The notes under the pieces are model-generated. The model was not told the DNA's origin and did no database searches. It worked only from the letters and a program-made list of their open reading frames with translations. From positions 21,531,598-21,564,288 of the forward strand of contig NC_069005.1 in assembly GCF_001194135.2 (NCBI RefSeq): a stretch of 32,691 nucleotides of DNA, in the 5' to 3' direction. Source of the stretch: Octopus bimaculoides. Taxonomy: Eukaryota. Positions 31,790 through 32,691 of the stretch are shown here, piece after piece. The position numbers and the translations under genes are program-made. The stretch's first letter is position 1. Every line of letters begins with the position of its first letter.

Positions 31790-32216
31790 AGTTAAAACCT
31801 TTCATCAAAACTCCATGTTAATTAATGTTCCAAACAGTAGTTTAATAACGATAGTTGTTTTGCTAAATGCTTTATTATTTTCAAAATTAATTGAAATAAA
31901 GAAGGCAGCATATTTCATTAGGAATATGTTAATGAAAAGGTTAGCCAGCCATCAAATGACAACAATTCTCAAATGGCAGTTCAGCTGTTAAACCCTTTTG
32001 TTTCCATATATTTTTTATTGAAATACATAATCTTTGTTTCAATTAAGCTTGAAAATAATTAAAGAATTGTTAAAATAATTTTGTCATTATTAAACTGTTG
32101 TTAAGAACATAAATTAATATGAAATTTTGGCAGCAGGTTTAAATTAAGATAATTTTAAAGCAAAAGTTAGTGATAGAACCAAGTGCAGTTTCAAGCGAGT
32201 CGGTATCAAAAGGGTA
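31790..32216. mobile_element. Head-to-head pair of MITE G copies (31790-31944 minus, 31988-32216 plus)
   Basis: The left copy is the reverse complement of the G body (..TTCAAAATTAATTGAAATAAAG..). The right copy runs CCCTTTTG...ATCAAAAGGG. Confidence 0.65.
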
Positions 32217-32691
32217 GAGCAGTTTTTGTTTGTCTTAAGTTTTTGAGAAATTTATTTCAACAGTCACATAGTGCTCCCTCTGCTTATAATACTAAACTGC
32301 ATCTGGTAAATGATAAAGTCATTTTATATCAAAAGAATGAGTGAGTGAATAAATGCAGGAGAGATGAAATGTAGCATTAGCATTACAGATAACGTTTCTT
32401 CTTTGTACCATTGCTAATAACATCTGATGCTGCTGTCGGGTTTGACCAAATAATTATGCTGCTGCTTCATTCAAGCAAACAGTCTTTTATAATATCTAAT
32501 GGCTATTCCATTTCTCCTTGCTTGGACACTTTTCTTAGATCATGATTTCTTACAATTGTACAAAGTTAGTAGCGGTAGTGTAGAGTTTGTTGGTTGATTG
32601 ATACCAATACATTACTGGTACCTCCAATCCCATGAGGTATTAAAGTGAACTTGAAACCGAGAGGCTAAAATTTAGTTTAGTTTGGCTGCCC

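Overview
AT-rich eukaryotic non-coding DNA, probably intronic or intergenic, with three assembly gaps (10489-10588, 14518-14974, 22178-22383). The repeat repertoire looks to me like an octopus or other coleoid cephalopod genome; this is an inference from recalled repeat families, not a database hit. I found no recognisable host gene exon, and nearly all ORFs in the supplied track are microsatellite or repeat read-through. The window is a dense mosaic of several tRNA-derived SINE families (labelled A, C, D and E here), 5'-truncated RTE-type 3' tails (family B) and LINE remnants (R4/Dong, RTE, CR1/L2/Jockey-like, possibly L1/Tx1). It also holds two TTAA-flanked piggyBac-like MITE families (F, G), a hAT MITE, a Tc1/mariner MITE and long compound microsatellites. 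The most notable signals are two degenerate minimal type-I hammerhead-ribozyme-like motifs, one of them behind a tRNA-like head and near a 30-bp hairpin. Also notable are two cases of an R4/Dong 3' end docked tail-to-tail on a SINE's (TAA)n tail, a 5'-inverted RTE copy, nested MITEs and modular SINE shuffling. Family letters are my working labels. Most element boundaries are approximate.
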